From positions 848,769-912,768 of the forward strand of contig NMRA01000122.1 of the NCBI GenBank assembly GCA_002633005.1: DNA of 64,000 nt. Reading direction: 5' to 3'. The translations under genes and the position numbers were made by a program. The notes under the pieces are model-generated. The model did no database searches. It worked only from the letters and a program-made list of their open reading frames with translations, and was not told the origin of the DNA. The DNA comes from Phoronis australis. Taxonomy: Eukaryota; Animalia; Phoronida. This document shows, piece after piece, positions 14,201-25,303 of this stretch; the first letter of the stretch is position 1; each line of letters starts with the position of its first letter.

Positions 14201-15145
14201 CAAGAGAGGATGGCAATAAGAACGACCCAAACCCCTAGTAACCCTAACGGCGAAAATAAAGTCCTCATTTGAAACACGTTATTTAGTACGGAAGAGGATC
14301 AAAAGTTGGGCAATATTAAAATGAATATTGAAAAAAGTTGTTTGTGCGCATCTTACATTATTTACCTTTTTGTTGAGACACTTCGATCTCTCAATCATCG
14401 GCAATTACAACCTAAACGAGCAATGTTTTCATTTTATCAGGTGATTGTCATGGAGTATCTGCAAGGTGTTAAATATGAAATAGACGTGGTGATTTCAAGA
14501 GGAAAGTTGGTCGGCGGTTCGATTTTGGAGAGGGGTCCTGCTCCTCTTCCGAACTTTTGGTACACTTCGTTCATTCTTCCGGGTGGCAATTCGGAAAAGG
14601 TACAAAGAGAGCTAATTGAAGCAGCCTACCAGTGCTGCATAGCCGTCGGTCTTTACCAAGGGGTTTACAATGTAGAGTTCATCCGTGGAAAAGATGACAC
14701 AGCAACGCCCAAGTTACTCGAAATTAATCCTCGCCCAGCAGGCGTGAGCGTGAGTGCGCTAGTGCAAACTGCGTACGGATATGATACTCGGATCATACAT
14801 ACGCTGCTTCGTTGTGGCGTTGAAACGTCACTTGCTGACATGAAAATTGAACCGCAAACACACGTGGCTGCGTATTACTTCGATTTATTCCAAAACAGAG
14901 AGAAACTGAATACCTCGTTTGGTCACATGTTATCTAATGCTGTGGAGTACGGCGTAAGGATGCTAAATATAGGAGTGAAAACAATGACGGAAATGATGTA
15001 CGAAAATCCCGATTATGAACCCCGCTCCACTCTAGGTGTGTTTACCTCGAGTGAATCGAAGGCTGGCGTGATCACAAAATTATGTCGATTTCTCGTTGAC
15101 TCAAAATATTTTGACAGTATGGAAGAAGCTCTGATGCAGTTTTGA
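7976..15145 (+). CDS. CARNS1-like: Carnosine synthase 1-like ATP-grasp (L-amino-acid ligase family) gene; multi-exon, 5' end not located; ~460 aa reconstructed
   Basis: Four exons join in frame: ...KDKILLCIATRVF...IINWLSEKNIK | VNGGCFFGDFSSMVGGYLCEKLGIRGDSYESTMAAYLKDITQEYVLKCPQAAK | YGVRSYSVQTAKDLQEALSKLTFPVVMKPVCGSGAVGCK...YSQA | VIVMEYLQGVKYEIDVVISRGKLVGG...RGPAPLPNF...AAYQCCIAVGLYQGVYNVEF...PKLLEINPRPAG...F*. Motif order and content are collinear with the C-terminal ATP-grasp half of CARNS1 (LDGC..LLCQELGL; PGVMKLEFGAGAVG; MEFVEG; GVFNVE; LIEINPRMGG), recalled from knowledge of the family. Confidence 0.85.
8395..8463 (-). mobile_element. tRNA-derived SINE head or tRNA pseudogene (repeated at ~9680-9748)
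   Basis: Reverse complement GCTGAGTGGTGTAGTGGTAAAG...GGGTTCGAATCCGGCCTCGGA has a Pol III A box (TGGTGTAGTGG) and B box (GGTTCGAATCC) at tRNA spacing; the anticodon stem does not pair. Confidence 0.6.
9357..9515 (+). CDS. ATP-grasp ligase exon B (copy 1)
   Basis: Acceptor ttttcaacag; encodes VNGGCFFGDF...CEKLGI...KDITQEYVL; phase-0 donor AAG|GCAAGT (GC donor). Confidence 0.78.
10625..10783 (+). CDS. ATP-grasp ligase exon B (copy 2, probably the alternative haplotype)
   Basis: Same peptide as 9357-9515, inside the duplicate 9671-10937 that starts at a single-n junction. Confidence 0.65.
13673..13891 (+). CDS. ATP-grasp ligase exon C (B-domain, P-x-V-x-K-P and Gly loop)
   Basis: Acceptor attatttttcag; FPVVMKPVCGSGAVGC; donor GCG|GTAAGA, phase 0. 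Confidence 0.85.
14441..15145 (+). CDS. ATP-grasp ligase terminal exon D (catalytic C-domain)
   Basis: Acceptor ttttcattttatcag; MEYLQG, GVYNVEF and LLEINPR motifs; stop TGA ending at 15145; within ORF 14306-15145. Confidence 0.9.
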   Translation: MIVMEYLQGVKYEIDVVISRGKLVGGSILERGPAPLPNFWYTSFILPGGNSEKVQRELIEAAYQCCIAVGLYQGVYNVEFIRGKDDTATPKLLEINPRPAGVSVSALVQTAYGYDTRIIHTLLRCGVETSLADMKIEPQTHVAAYYFDLFQNREKLNTSFGHMLSNAVEYGVRMLNIGVKTMTEMMYENPDYEPRSTLGVFTSSESKAGVITKLCRFLVDSKYFDSMEEALMQF

Positions 15146-18100
15146 ACGGACATTTCCAACCTTTCAGTTCGTTAACACTGAGCACCACACATCAAGGCGA
15201 GCAAAATATCAAAAACGAGCCGTGTTGTCCGAAAACTGGCGGCAATTTACAGGATTCCCGTAAAAGTATTATCGCCGTATAATATTTTATTCGTTGTTTT
15301 TGTCGATTCGTTTTCGCAGCAGTCATTTTCTTCAATCTAATCCCGAAAGATCAAAGTGCACACAGGACAATGCTTTTTGTCGCCACAGATAGTCAGTGGT
15401 GTTATCTCATGTTTGCATCAGGAGACTGAATTGGCGAACAGTTAGTAGTTCACGTATTGAACCCCATTATTTCCTACAGGTATAACTCTTCAAATGTCAA
15501 ATGTCTTCAGTTGTCAATTGATGTTATGTCACTATATTGATGAAAAGACGTCTTATGAGCATAAAAGTAATGCCCTGACCGTGAATTCCGTGAAGTACCT
15601 TTCAAAAGTAGCCCTTTTATTCTATTAGCTAGTGCAACCAAGGTCCGCTTAGGCAGCGAATACGATCGTTAAAACAAGTCTAATTTTGGGAACGCTTACC
15701 ACGTATCATTGGCGCAAAAATAACTTCATTAGACCACTGTGATTCTTTAAGTTGGGCTAAAGGGTCCAATGATATTGAAAGCGAAAAAGGATAAAAAACC
15801 TAGCATTTTTAAATTGGCCCACAGAATTGAGGCCGTTGGGTTCAATAGGGCCGTCCCGGATTACATGGCGATACAACTCTTTTTGTCCCGAAGATAAGAA
15901 AGTGCGTGACCTCGTTTTGGAAATCAGGCCCATTTTCGTGTCTTTCATTGATTGGGAAGGCAAAGAATTTCACATCACGCATCTACGGGTATTTGTCCAG
16001 TTTATCAAACTTTCTCACATCGGAGTTGCAGCCCACAGCACTTCGCCATCACTTGCACACGCGTTTATGCACTGCTCTTGATTTTGTTTATTTCGATCAC
16101 TGCCCGTTTTATTAATATGCAACTATTCTAGTCAAAGGTGGTCGCCATACTCGGTAACTGTAAACCGAAAGGGGTTTCCCAGACTTCAACAAATGGGGAT
16201 GACTTAATGTTATGACGTCGGTCACATTACTTTAACCAATCAGAAGCCATGTTAAATAACGTGACATAGCCCTGCGAAAGAGTGTAGAGGGCTTTCGCAG
16301 TGAGCAGGTCCGAGCAAGAGCCGAGAGGAGCAAGACGGCTTAACCAGTCGTGGGCCGCATGCGGCTATCTAGACAGATAGGTAAACGAGTCCGAATGTTG
16401 CAAAGATTTTGCTGAATTGAGAGACCTGAACACATGTACTGAAGACGGGGCATTGTTCCTGCGAGAGCGCACACCTGAGTCTGTTTCAGAGATGGTTATG
16501 CTTGGAAGAGAAATATATATTGAGGCACTCGTCAAAGAAAAGGGGCGCAAGAACGACGAGCCAGATATTCAAGAGGACCGACCGTAAGGAGACTGAGTGG
16601 AAAGGTGCCGGCTCCTTCTTCCACAAAGCCGGTCACCTGGCCAGAGACTGTCGCAAGCCCGTCAGATGAAGCAGCACCAAAAAGTTATTGGGGGGGGGGG
16701 GGGGNGGGGCGTTGCTTTTCACTCGCAGGCCGCTACTCCCCCCAACCCCGCTTCCTACGGCCATGCAAAAGCGTGCCAATTTCATGATACTTCGCTGCAA
16801 TTCATTAGACGGGGTGTATTATATGTTGTTGGGATTGTGAAATAAATTATATTGATCTGCATAATCTTGAAACAGAAGTTTCTTCCTTAGTAAATTTTAG
16901 CCTCAGTAAAACGGCCGTCCCGGAGTACACAGCGACACTAGAAGCTCCATGTCTTTACACCTAATGCCGCAATGTCCATCATGCACTTTTGTAGCGGCGT
17001 TGTCGCGCCATTGAACTCGGATCCACGTTTTCTAATTGTTTTGTTGCCGTTATGTTTTGATTTTTTTGGTTGCATTATTTTATTCGTCCTCCAATCCCAA
17101 CCAAGTATGTTGTGCTGTGGGCTGCATCTCCAGCGGGCCGGAGGAAGATGGATTAACTTGATAAATATCCGTGGATTTGCGTCGCCTTCCAGACGTCAAG
17201 CAAAGACACTAAAACGCAGAGTTAGTTAGCAAAGCAAGTTCGTCGGTTCAAATTTGAACCGAACAGGGTCCTCTTTCTTGAATTCTTCCAATTCCTGGAA
17301 GTATTTCCACAACCATACCCCTCGACGGTTTCCGATGACCTGTGAAAGTGTTCCCAACCTTCTAAAGGTAGGTTTATTATCAGAACAACGCGTTTCTTAC
17401 CTCCAAGCCAAAGAAGAGTTCTATTTCTGTGTAATCCCTATATTCTGCCAATCTGTCAATGGACTTATGTGACGCGGCTTTTTAAAGATACTATTTCTTC
17501 TACTTTCACCTGCTTAGAACACAGAATGAGTTGAAATATTTCCTTCGTGCCTATATTAAATAGGAATGTGGCCGCGTACATACAAAACAAACAGTCGACA
17601 CTTTCTCAAAACTAAGTTTGCAATGCACGAAATCTAGCCACAACGTGCCGTTCACTGTTTAGGTTCAAACCTGTCGTCAACAATTTTAAAACTTAGTAAA
17701 GCTTTTTTAGCAGTTACATGTGGTTTTACTGCCTTTGTTTGTCTAGACAATTGATTTGTTAAATTGCTTGAAATAATCAGCGAGACATTTCAAAATAATG
17801 CACAATCGGTAATGGCGATACTAATTTGCATAACACTTGGAACTCACGTGGGACATTCTTCAGCTTGTTTACATCACTTTTCTTTTTTACACATATTTTC
17901 CTTCACAATAATTCAACCTTGAAGTTGAAGTCCGGGGGAGCAACTTTCGACTAAACTACTAAAAAAACATGGAAATTTCGTTTTGCCCATGTCATAAATC
18001 TGAGACTGTGACTATAGCCAAAGATTTTATAGTTACCTATAAGTGGGATATAGTATCTTTGCTATAGCTGAACTGTTCAGTGCTACTACGTACTCGGTGT

Positions 18101-18759
18101 TATATAACCAGTCGTGTCGTAATACATTCCAGGCAAAGATTTTATAGATACCTATTTATAGTATATTTGTTCCAGGTCACGTGAGAAATTCTAATATCGC
18201 CTTCATCTGTGACATACAAACAGCTTACGATAATATAAGAGGCGCATGTATAAAGAATGGACATAGTCGGTGTTTGACTATCGGATAAGAATTGATTGGG
18301 GAGGCTTGCCCCCGGCTAGCTGCCGTGGCTTCCTACTGCCTTACCGTAACGAACCCAGGCGTTCCCGCCTGCCATTTCAGTGAGCAAACAAATAATAGCG
18401 AACGAATAGCTAGAACAAAAGCTCCAAGACCTCGACTTTCCAATTGTTTCTCGATGAAAATGGACTATTTTCTATCGTGCAAGGTCATCAACGAACCGGG
18501 TTTCTGCAACAGCTGAGCTATTGTCGGAAGCGATAACATGGTGCAGGTGATCTAAAATATTTTTGGTCCACCACACATGAAGGACAAAAAGCCTCCCCAA
18601 TTAGCCTTTCCCACAATAAATAACTATACGGTAAAAGGGTCAAAGGTCGTTTCCTATGCGACAGATAACGACTGGCGATTTTTGCATTGGGAAGATATTG
18701 ACATCTGTCTCGGCTGTGTCGTGCGGTGTTCTTTCGCCTTGTAATAGTGCCGGAGAATT

Positions 18760-21700
18760 ATGCTGAAGTTTGCCTTGTTCATATCTGTAGCTCTTTTCTA
18801 CATGACAGCAACAGGTAAGTCGACCACGAAATTTGCATTTTAACTATAAAAACAATTTCAACGGCTCTTCAACGGCAGGTGAAGGTACAGTGAAACGTCA
18901 GAACTCAGGCGTCACCGTATACAAAACTGCACAGTCAACGGACTCATAAACACGGGCACGGACGCATGAACACGACTCACGGACCTGCAAACACCGTCCA
19001 CTGACTCACAAACACGGGAACGGACTCACAAAAGACGATCCACGCACCGAAATACACGGGACACGTACTCATATTCACGAGGAAACACGGGTCACGGACT
19101 CATCGGCTTCCTGGATTAGCTGACATCTCCATTTTGTCCGTAAACCGTGTTAGGCGGTCCGTTAACCGTGTTTCCTCGGGAATATGAGTCCGTGTCTCGC
19201 CGGTGTATTTGGGTGCGTGGATCGTGTTTTGTGAGTTCGTTCCCGTGTTTGGGAGTCAGTGGACGTTGTTTGCAGGTCCGTGAGTGGTGTTCATGCGTCC
19301 GTGGGCCGTGTTTATTAGTACGTTTACCGTGTGTAGAGGAATGGAGTAGGCCGGGCAACGCTAACTCAGTTAACACGTTTCCTTTTGATAACGTTTTCAA
19401 TACCAATAGGGCAATTACAGCGGTCCTGGATTTTGATGATCGGTTTCGTGCCTATTCAAGTGACTATTACCAAGAAAACTGTACAGGTAGGTAGTGAAAT
19501 GTAGGCAGTAGCGTGCAGAGGTTTGGTGATGCCCGGGCGATGCCCCTCACTCTACTCAAGTGCATTGTAACTACAAATCGGTCACAACTTGAAAAAGTTA
19601 AAAGTTTATCCCTTCTGAGTAAATGCATCCCCTAGTATGTGGATGCCCGGGTCCGTCGCCCCAGGTGCTCCGCGCGGCACTGCTCCCCCTCCCCTTGTGC
19701 ACGCTGGGAGGTATTTAGCCATAAGACAAACTTACCGCTGAACTTCATTTTGTGCTTCATTGTACTCTTATCGCGACTTACGGAGAAAACTATATATGAA
19801 TCTATTTGAGAACTTGGACATTCTCCTGCTCGATTATTGGTATGAGTCACTTATATTGATCCCGCATTTTGAGCTAGTTTGCTGATTAACATATCAAACT
19901 GATGTGATTCGTGGTTGTATCGGCCTGGACGCATTCTGTATTGTAAACGTTTGACCCGTTGTGTGTGTGGCTTTCGCAATACAGCATTATCTCCGGTGTG
20001 GGTATGGCCTGATTGAATGATTTCGCAATACAGTATTATCACGAGAAACAATATGACCGCCGGTCCTCTAAATCGGACTGACTCAAGACCAATGAGATAA
20101 ATATAACTCATTGCTCAAGACCCCAAATCGGCTTTGTAATAAGGACAATGGTCGGATTTCGACCGCAAGAATTATATGACGTCGCACATGACCAATGGTG
20201 CGTTCACGAGAACGCAAGATGAAGCAATACCTCGCCATTTTCACGAAAGACGTCGCTCTAGTCGGTTAGCGAATACACGCAGTGTTGGCTTACGTAGTAA
20301 ATGAATAACCCTGAGATGTTACAAGCGAAGCACGTGATCACGCTACCCTTTTCTCCTGCGTGTCTTAGTCTTTAGTTGCTCACATTTTCAGCCTAGTAAA
20401 TCCACCTGAGACGACGACGTAGCGTTCAACTGTGGGTGCTGATTAGAATCGTGAAAATGGCCATTACATGCCAACAAATACGTCGAACGCGTCCGAATTA
20501 AAATAGGAAGGTGTCGCCGTCTCCCAAATATTTACTACATTTCATGGAAATCAGTCGCGTATTATAGAGGCGAGCGTGAAAAAATCCTTTAGGAGGCGAA
20601 GCGGTAATCTAGCCTGTCCATCTAGCATTAAGACCGTATGAATGTACTTGCCAAACTCCCAAAAGATGTGGCAAGGGGTGAGATATAGCCGCGGCTGTAA
20701 AATGTAACTAGGGGCACCAGAGTAGCTGGGCCGAAAATCTATGTCAGTCGTGCCCTTGTCAGTAGGAATATGTCTACCAATTTTCATAATGATCCTCTCA
20801 GCCGTTTGACAAATACTGAGGCAGACCACTAAAACCAGCAAAAAGGGCCCCTAAGTAACGCAGAATGTGTCAAATACATCTCAAAATCGAAAGGTGCTAT
20901 CCCCATCATTTCAAAATCTTGTTAGCCAAATTTTATTAAAAACCATAAAAGAACTTTGAAGACTAAAACAACGTAAAAACTAAAATTGTCACTAGTGGTA
21001 CATTGGTTGTCAGATCAGAATCGTCCAAAAGTCGGAGGCACCCGTAGTCACATTTATAGGACATCACTTGCAACATTTCACAAAGATCCTTTAAAGAGTT
21101 AAGAGATGCAACCGAGGACGCAAAAAAGACAAAATCACCAGCAGGGGTTCCACAACTGTCAACCTGTCCGAAAATCCACGTCAGCCCGGCGGTCTTCTCT
21201 TTGGAACACACTTGTCGAATTTTTAAGTGGTTTGATGTCAAAAACGGATTCGAAAAAATGGCCATTAGGTGGTACAAAAAATACACTGGATCCATACGAA
21301 AATAAGAGAGCATCGTCATTTCCTGTTTGCCAGATTTCACGAAAAACAGAGACAAACGCAAAAAATATAGTTTTCACAAGAGGGTCCGGCGCTAGTCGGA
21401 TTTGTCTGAAACTCGTAAGCCGTTGTCAGCTCCATAGGAACACATCCGCCAAATTTCACAAAGATCCTCAGCCGTAGACGCAAAAACGCCATTCCATAAG
21501 GAACGCCATTTGATCGCGCCCGAAAATCTTTTGACTGGTTTGGCGAATAGAGAGCGGTCGGACATCAAAACTGGACTTAAAACTGTTAAAAGTCCCCACT
21601 AGGTGACGCAGAATACGCCAAATCCGTTCGAATACGGGAAGGCGTTGTGGACTCCCTAAGAGAAACCCATTTCCCAGATTTCATGAAAATGTATTAATGA

Positions 21701-24700
21701 ACTCCGAAGATACACAGGGAAACGTAAAAAACTAATATTGCGTCTAGTGCCACATCAGTCATCCGATTGGTTTGATACTCGTAGTCATCTGTTGTCTCCT
21801 TCGCAGACCCTATACTGGATGGTGCCTGCTACAGCGCACTTTCCCAGGCCTTCACTGGTTCCCTGCGTGTCCTCGCTAAAATCTAGCCAAAATCTAGACA
21901 GTGACCATCGTCTGTGCTGGTGCAGCTAGCACAGACGACGGTCATTGTCTAGCCAAAATCAAATGCTTTCATTTAAACCGTAATCTCACGCAGCCCTCGC
22001 TGGTTCCCTGTGTGTCAGCTAGGGGAAATGCGACATCACCACGCTCATTCGATCTTAAAATATTGTCGAATGAGCTGGCAACTCAAGTCACAGACATTGC
22101 GTATATGTGCCATTTTCGTATCGGCAATTTAGTGTTGGCGAATCTGAATAAACTATGAAGTGTTATTTCGAGGCGGAGATGATCTCGATGTTTCCGTTGA
22201 TGACAAAGTAAGAGATATTCTGAAACCGATTTTAATAGAGTAAAAAGTGTAATTCCATTTTAGTTTTAGCCAACATTTCAACAAGATGTCCTATTTAACT
22301 AGTTGTGTCGCAGACTCGTTTTTCAGTCCGCTTGACAATAACCATAGATAAATTACTAATTTAATCCATGGTATAACGTCCAACGGTTGATAAGAGTTCC
22401 TGTGGTTGTATTACACCAAAGGCGCTCGGTATAACTTTTTGAAGTTGTGTTTTTGTGTACTGAATTCGAGGTGATTGGTTTGCCCCTACCCGGCGATACA
22501 CACACGTACTTCAGACACCACCAATTTCGTATATAGAGCGACGATTCCTTGATTAGGTTTCTCCATTAACTTCCAACAGACACAGTTACAAACAGCAACT
22601 CGTCAAAATAGTAACTCAAAGCGTGAGTGCGGTCATACAAGAAAATCACTACAATGCGCAACAGTTGAACAGAAATGAAGAAATTCCAGAATAGAAAATA
22701 CAAACCTGGGGGAGGCTCATACTCATGAGATTGATTGGCTGCTGATGGATGCAGTATAGACAATCTTTGCCACCGACCATAAGTGCTTTCTCGTTATTAT
22801 CGTTTCCAACTCTAAAAAAATCACTTCTTCCTTCATGAATTGCAGTTCTTTCCCGCAAATGTATCCTTACGAATCCCATTATTTTCTTGTAAACCACATA
22901 TCCCTGTTGCAGTGTACAGAGATATTTGTTATATTGTACAATGTGCGTTCAACCGCTGCATTTTGTCCGACGTAAAAACAAGTGCAGTTTATGAGAAAAC
23001 ATCCGAGTTTGGATAGCGAGTAAAAATGTGTTAGTCACAATAAGGTACAGTGTTAATTAAAACGTCCGTGCGGAGCTTGAGGGAGGAAGATAGTATACCC
23101 TGGAGCAGGGTGACGGTAATTAGCGTAATTATAGAGGTGGCCTAAGTTTGACCAGATATTAAGCATTTTGTCATACGATGGTTTTAACGCGGCGTGTTCA
23201 CTTTTTTGATTTTATATGCATTGCAATATTGGCCAATGAAATGGAAATGATTGCTTCAGCAATTAACCAGTCTCCCAAAAACTTGATTCTAGGTTGAAGT
23301 TGATTTCTTACTATTGTTTTTTGCTTGTTTTTACTAGCAATGCGAATTTCCAAAACCACTCCAATTTGTGTTAAAAACTGTTATCAAGTTAAACTAAGTA
23401 CTCCAGTTGAATTTGTGTTAAGAGAACGCAACGCTTGGTAATGGTACAGCCCAACATGTCTTACTGTGAATGGTCATATGTATTTTTAGCTTTTGCCGTC
23501 AAATGTTGGAGTTGCACTGACAGTAAAGCTACACCCGATCCTCTTTGCCAAGACACGTTCATGTTGAACTCATCCAGCCCGGAAGCCAAAAATAAAACTA
23601 TTGAGTGTTCCTCAGGATGTTTAAAGGGTGACAACGGCAGCATCTCATCTTTCCTAGGAAGTAAGTTTTTGACGAGATAGCTGTGTCAATGTGTGGAAAC
23701 CACTCCACATCAGTGCCAGCTTCGATCAGCTAAACTCTAATCTCTGACCAGCAAACACCAAACGTGTGGTAGGCTTATTGGTCTGGGGTTGGTCTCCGGA
23801 TATGGTGTTTAGTCACCGGGTATGGAGTACTTTCGGAGCATATGTGCATGGGTAGATTATGTTCAAATGTCTGAAATTGATCATCCTATATCAAAATTCA
23901 CCAAAACACCAATTAATTTCTTCGAGGGTTCTTTCAGATTGGCAACGTAACTTTGTTTTTTGGTTAGAGTAATAAAGATTTTATCGAATTTCAGCTTGCA
24001 TCAAAATTCGTTGACGCATCATCAATTTGTTACAAGAATACATAAGTCGCTTACCGTAATTTAGATCGTCAATGAATCAATTGATTTCCTTAGAAGCAAA
24101 AACATGTTAATCAGAACCCATGCTAATTACCAGAAGGAAATAATCTTGACACATGCCAACACAACGTAAAAGCTGAAGGCATACATTGGGCGCACGGGAG
24201 ACGTGGAACTCAATGGGGACTTGGGGGGGGGGNNNNNNNNNNNNNNNNNNNNNNNNNNNNNNNNNNNNNNNNNNNNNNNNNNNNNNNNNNNNNNNNNNNN
24301 NNNNNNNNNNNNNNNNNNNNNNNNNNNNNNNNNNNNNNNNNNNNNNNNNNNNNNNNNNNNNNNNNNNNNNNNNNNNNNNNNNNNNNNNNNNNNNNNNNNN
24401 NNNNNNNNNNNNNNNNNNNNNNNNNNNNNNNNNNNNNNNNNNNNNNNNNNNNNNNNNNNNNNNNNNNNNNNNNNNNNNNNNNNNNNNNNNNNNNNNNNNN
24501 NNNNNNNNNNNNNNNNNNNNNNNNNNNNNNNNNNNNNNNNNNNNNNNNNNNNNNNNNNNNNNNNNNNNNNNNNNNNNNNNNNNNNNNNNNNNNNNNNNNN
24601 NNNNNNNNNNNNNNNNNNNNNNNNNNNNNNNNNNNNNNNNNNNNNNNNNNNNNNNNNNNNNNNNNNNNNNNNNNNNNNNNNNNNNNNNNNNNNNNNNNNN

Positions 24701-25303
24701 NNNNNNNNNNNNNNNNNNNNNNNNNNNNNNNNNNNNNNNNNNNNNNNNNNNNNNNNNNNNNNNNNNNNNNNNNNNNNNNNNNNNNNNNNNNNNNNNNNNN
24801 NNNNNNNNNNNNNNNNNNNNNNNNNNNNNNNNNNNNNNNNNNNNNNNNNNNNNNNNNNNNNNNNNNNACCTACCCACCAACCCACCTACCCACCAACCTA
24901 CCTACCCACCAACCTACGTACCCACCAACCTACCTACCCACCTACCCACTCTTCAATCCACCAACCTACCTAACTACCCGCTCACTTACCTACCAACCTT
25001 CCTTCCTACCTATGTATTATCGGTATAACTAATACTATTTCAAACATTTTAGCATTAGAGTGGAAGGTTCTCCGTGGTTGCTATGATCCAAACAGCGACC
25101 CGTACGGTGCAGCCAGATCAGAAGGATGCAGATATAATTACGAAAAAAAGTACAATGTGGGACTCCTTGAGGTCACAACCAAGGGTGACGCAGGCTGCTA
25201 TTGCAACAGCGATTACTGCAATGGCGCAATCAGGCTAGCCGTAACACGTGGTTTGTCGCTAATTGGCTTAATTTGTACAGAAGTCATATTCGCAGCACTG
25301 TAG
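18760..25303 (+). CDS. Ly6/uPAR three-finger-domain, GPI-anchored protein (quiver/sleepless-like architecture), 3 coding exons, 158 aa
   Basis: Exon 1 18760-18814 MLKFALFISVALFYMTAT (signal peptide; G|GTAAGT, phase 1). Exon 2 23490-23660 AFAVKCWSCTDS...LCQD...ECSSGCLKG...FLG (A|GTAAGT, phase 1). Exon 3 25053-25303 TLEWKVLRGCY...EGCR...GCYCNSDYCNGA followed by hydrophobic tail IRLAVTRGLSLIGLICTEVIFAAL*. Total 477 nt in frame; 10 domain cysteines with the terminal CN signature. Confidence 0.88.
18928..19336. mobile_element. Foldback/MITE: ~170-bp inverted arms made of ~20-bp subrepeats
   Basis: 18937-19099 (aacggactcataaacacggg...ggaaacacgggtcacggac) is the reverse complement of 19157-19324 (gtccgttaaccgtgtttcc...gtgtttattagtacgtt); spacer ~57 bp. 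Confidence 0.8.
20575..21750 (-). mobile_element. Degenerate dispersed repeat related to the HINE-like family
   Basis: Recurrent ccactagg, aaatttcacaaagatcc and atttcatgaaaa modules, the reverse complement of the cctagtggc and atgaaatttgg modules at 48872-50000; ends not resolved. Confidence 0.5.
21895..21951. mobile_element. 57-bp hairpin mini-MITE with 9-bp TSD (second copy at 57295-57351)
   Basis: TAGACAGTGACCATCGTCTGTGCTGG-TGCAG-CTAGCACAGACGACGGTCATTGTCTA flanked by direct repeats GCCAAAATC (21886-21894 and 21952-21960). Confidence 0.75.
24233..24867. other. Assembly gap (635 n) in Ly6 intron 2
   Basis: Run of n; the homologous sequence appears filled in the duplicate at ~59634-61010. 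Confidence 0.98.
24868..25012. repeat. CCTA/CCCA/CCAA tetranucleotide-type microsatellite
   Basis: acctacccaccaacccacctacc... directly upstream of Ly6 exon 3. Confidence 0.9.

Noticed and set aside
16200-16270. CRE plus CCAAT promoter motifs (tgacgtc, ccaatcag)
   Set aside because: Short motifs expected by chance or within repeats; ~2.5 kb from the Ly6 ATG with no support for a start site.
18937-19324. CRISPR-like repeat array
   Set aside because: The short repeats are degenerate, abutting and arranged as inverted arms without unique spacers; the context is eukaryotic with no cas genes.
24107-25028. Long 250-280 aa ORFs in the ORF track
   Set aside because: They run through the N gap and a CCTA microsatellite; not real coding sequence.
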